The position numbers and the translations under genes are program-made. Of a stretch of 64,000 nt of DNA, positions 63,061-64,000 are shown piece by piece; position 1 is the first letter of the stretch; each line of letters begins with the position of its first letter. Below the pieces are notes generated by a model. That model saw nothing but the letters and a program-made list of their open reading frames with translations, made no database searches and was not told where the DNA came from. This DNA comes from Basidiobolus meristosporus CBS 931.73 (taxonomy: Eukaryota > Fungi > Basidiobolomycota), in the NCBI GenBank assembly GCA_002104905.1, contig MCFE01000499.1, positions 1-64,000 on the forward strand. The letters are read 5' to 3'.

Positions 63061-64000
63061 CTTGGTTCTAGCATGAAAAGTTGGATTTCTACCTAATTGT
63101 ATACGTCCTTGATTTTCTTAAATAAAGTAATAGGCGTTTTTTGACATAGGCCTAAATCTGTGAAAGCTTTCTTAACCACATTACTTCTTTTGTAGCTTCA
63201 CAGGCTGCCATATACTCTGCCTCTGTGGTGGAAAGTGCTACGGTTGGTTGCTTTCTTGAGTTCCATGAAATTGCTCCTTAACAATAAAGAACGGTGTATC
63301 CTGTGGTGGATCTTCTGTCTTCCAAATTTTGTCCTCAATCAGCATTGGAGTATCCCACAAGATCCTGTTCTGAATCCTTATAAGTGTATCTTAAGCAGAT
63401 ATCAGCAGTTCCTTTTAGGTATCTAAAAATCCACTTAACTGCTGCAATATGATCAGATCCATAGTTCTGATTATGTTGGCTGAGAACTCCCACTGAATAT
63501 GAGATATCTGGACGTGTTCCAAGCATGATATACATCAGACTGCCGGCCATAGATTGATAAGGAAAGTCAGGGCTTTCAGATGGCACCAAGCTCTCTTGAT
63601 TTGGTTAAGTTTTGACCAAGATAAGGTTTGTCTCCATTGGGGTAGCTGTTGGTTCACAGTCTTCCATTTGGTACTTCTTTAGTATATCTTGAATATACTT
63701 GGATTGGCTTAGGGTGATAGTCTGGGTACTTCTGTCTATGGAGAACTTAATCCCTAAGTAGTAACTGAGTTCTCCTAGATTGGACATCTTGAACTCTTTA
63801 GATAGGCTGGATTTAGTCTCTTCCAATGTTGCTAGGTTATTGGTGGCTATAATAAGATCATCCACATATAGAGCTAATAGAACTGGATTTGCTCTATCTG
63901 GCTTATAGTATATACTTTAGTCAGCATTACTCCTTTTGAAACTCAAAGATTCCAAATAAGAATCTATCTTGCAATTCCATGATCTTGGTGATTGTTTGAG

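Larger units (their letters stand above)
61274..64000 (-). mobile_element. Ty1/copia RT-RNase H region (partial; continues beyond the window) carrying two solo-LTR insertions
   Basis: LALYVDDLIIAT, LGELSYYLGIKF, MLGTRPDISYSVG and DLVGYSNAD; near-identical to 36460-37350 on the opposite strand. Confidence 0.9.

Overview
Eukaryotic, intron-containing fungal genomic DNA. The gene set (a WNK kinase, an animal-type glutamate dehydrogenase, a DM9 lectin and an APSES-ankyrin SBF/MBF factor) points to an early-diverging, non-Dikarya fungus; this is inference. About 1-35 kb is a CpG-rich gene region: UPRTase-domain C-terminus, CDC42 with a GC-AG intron, intronless WNK, Pho80-type cyclin, PHO89-type transporter pseudogene, DM9 protein, Mbp1/Swi4/Res-type factor and GDH. 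It is interrupted at 15.2-22 kb by a copia-LTR island. About 36-64 kb is a nest of CpG-depleted LTR retrotransposons using at least five LTR types, labelled A-E here, many with readable target-site duplications (TSDs). Highlights: (1) a 3.3-kb non-autonomous copia derivative with apparently identical LTRs, intact PBS/PPT and a TSD, but no intact ORF; (2) a full-length chromovirus with a Tf1-type self-priming duplex and a PEG10/Sushi-type -1 frameshift cassette; (3) a gypsy lineage carrying an extra ~480-codon ORF after integrase; (4) a 1.24-kb LTR with about a dozen CCCCT (STRE-like) motifs and 4-bp TSDs ending in TC; (5) stepwise CpG decay visible between repeat copies. All alignments and counts were done by eye. 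No database search or computation was run.
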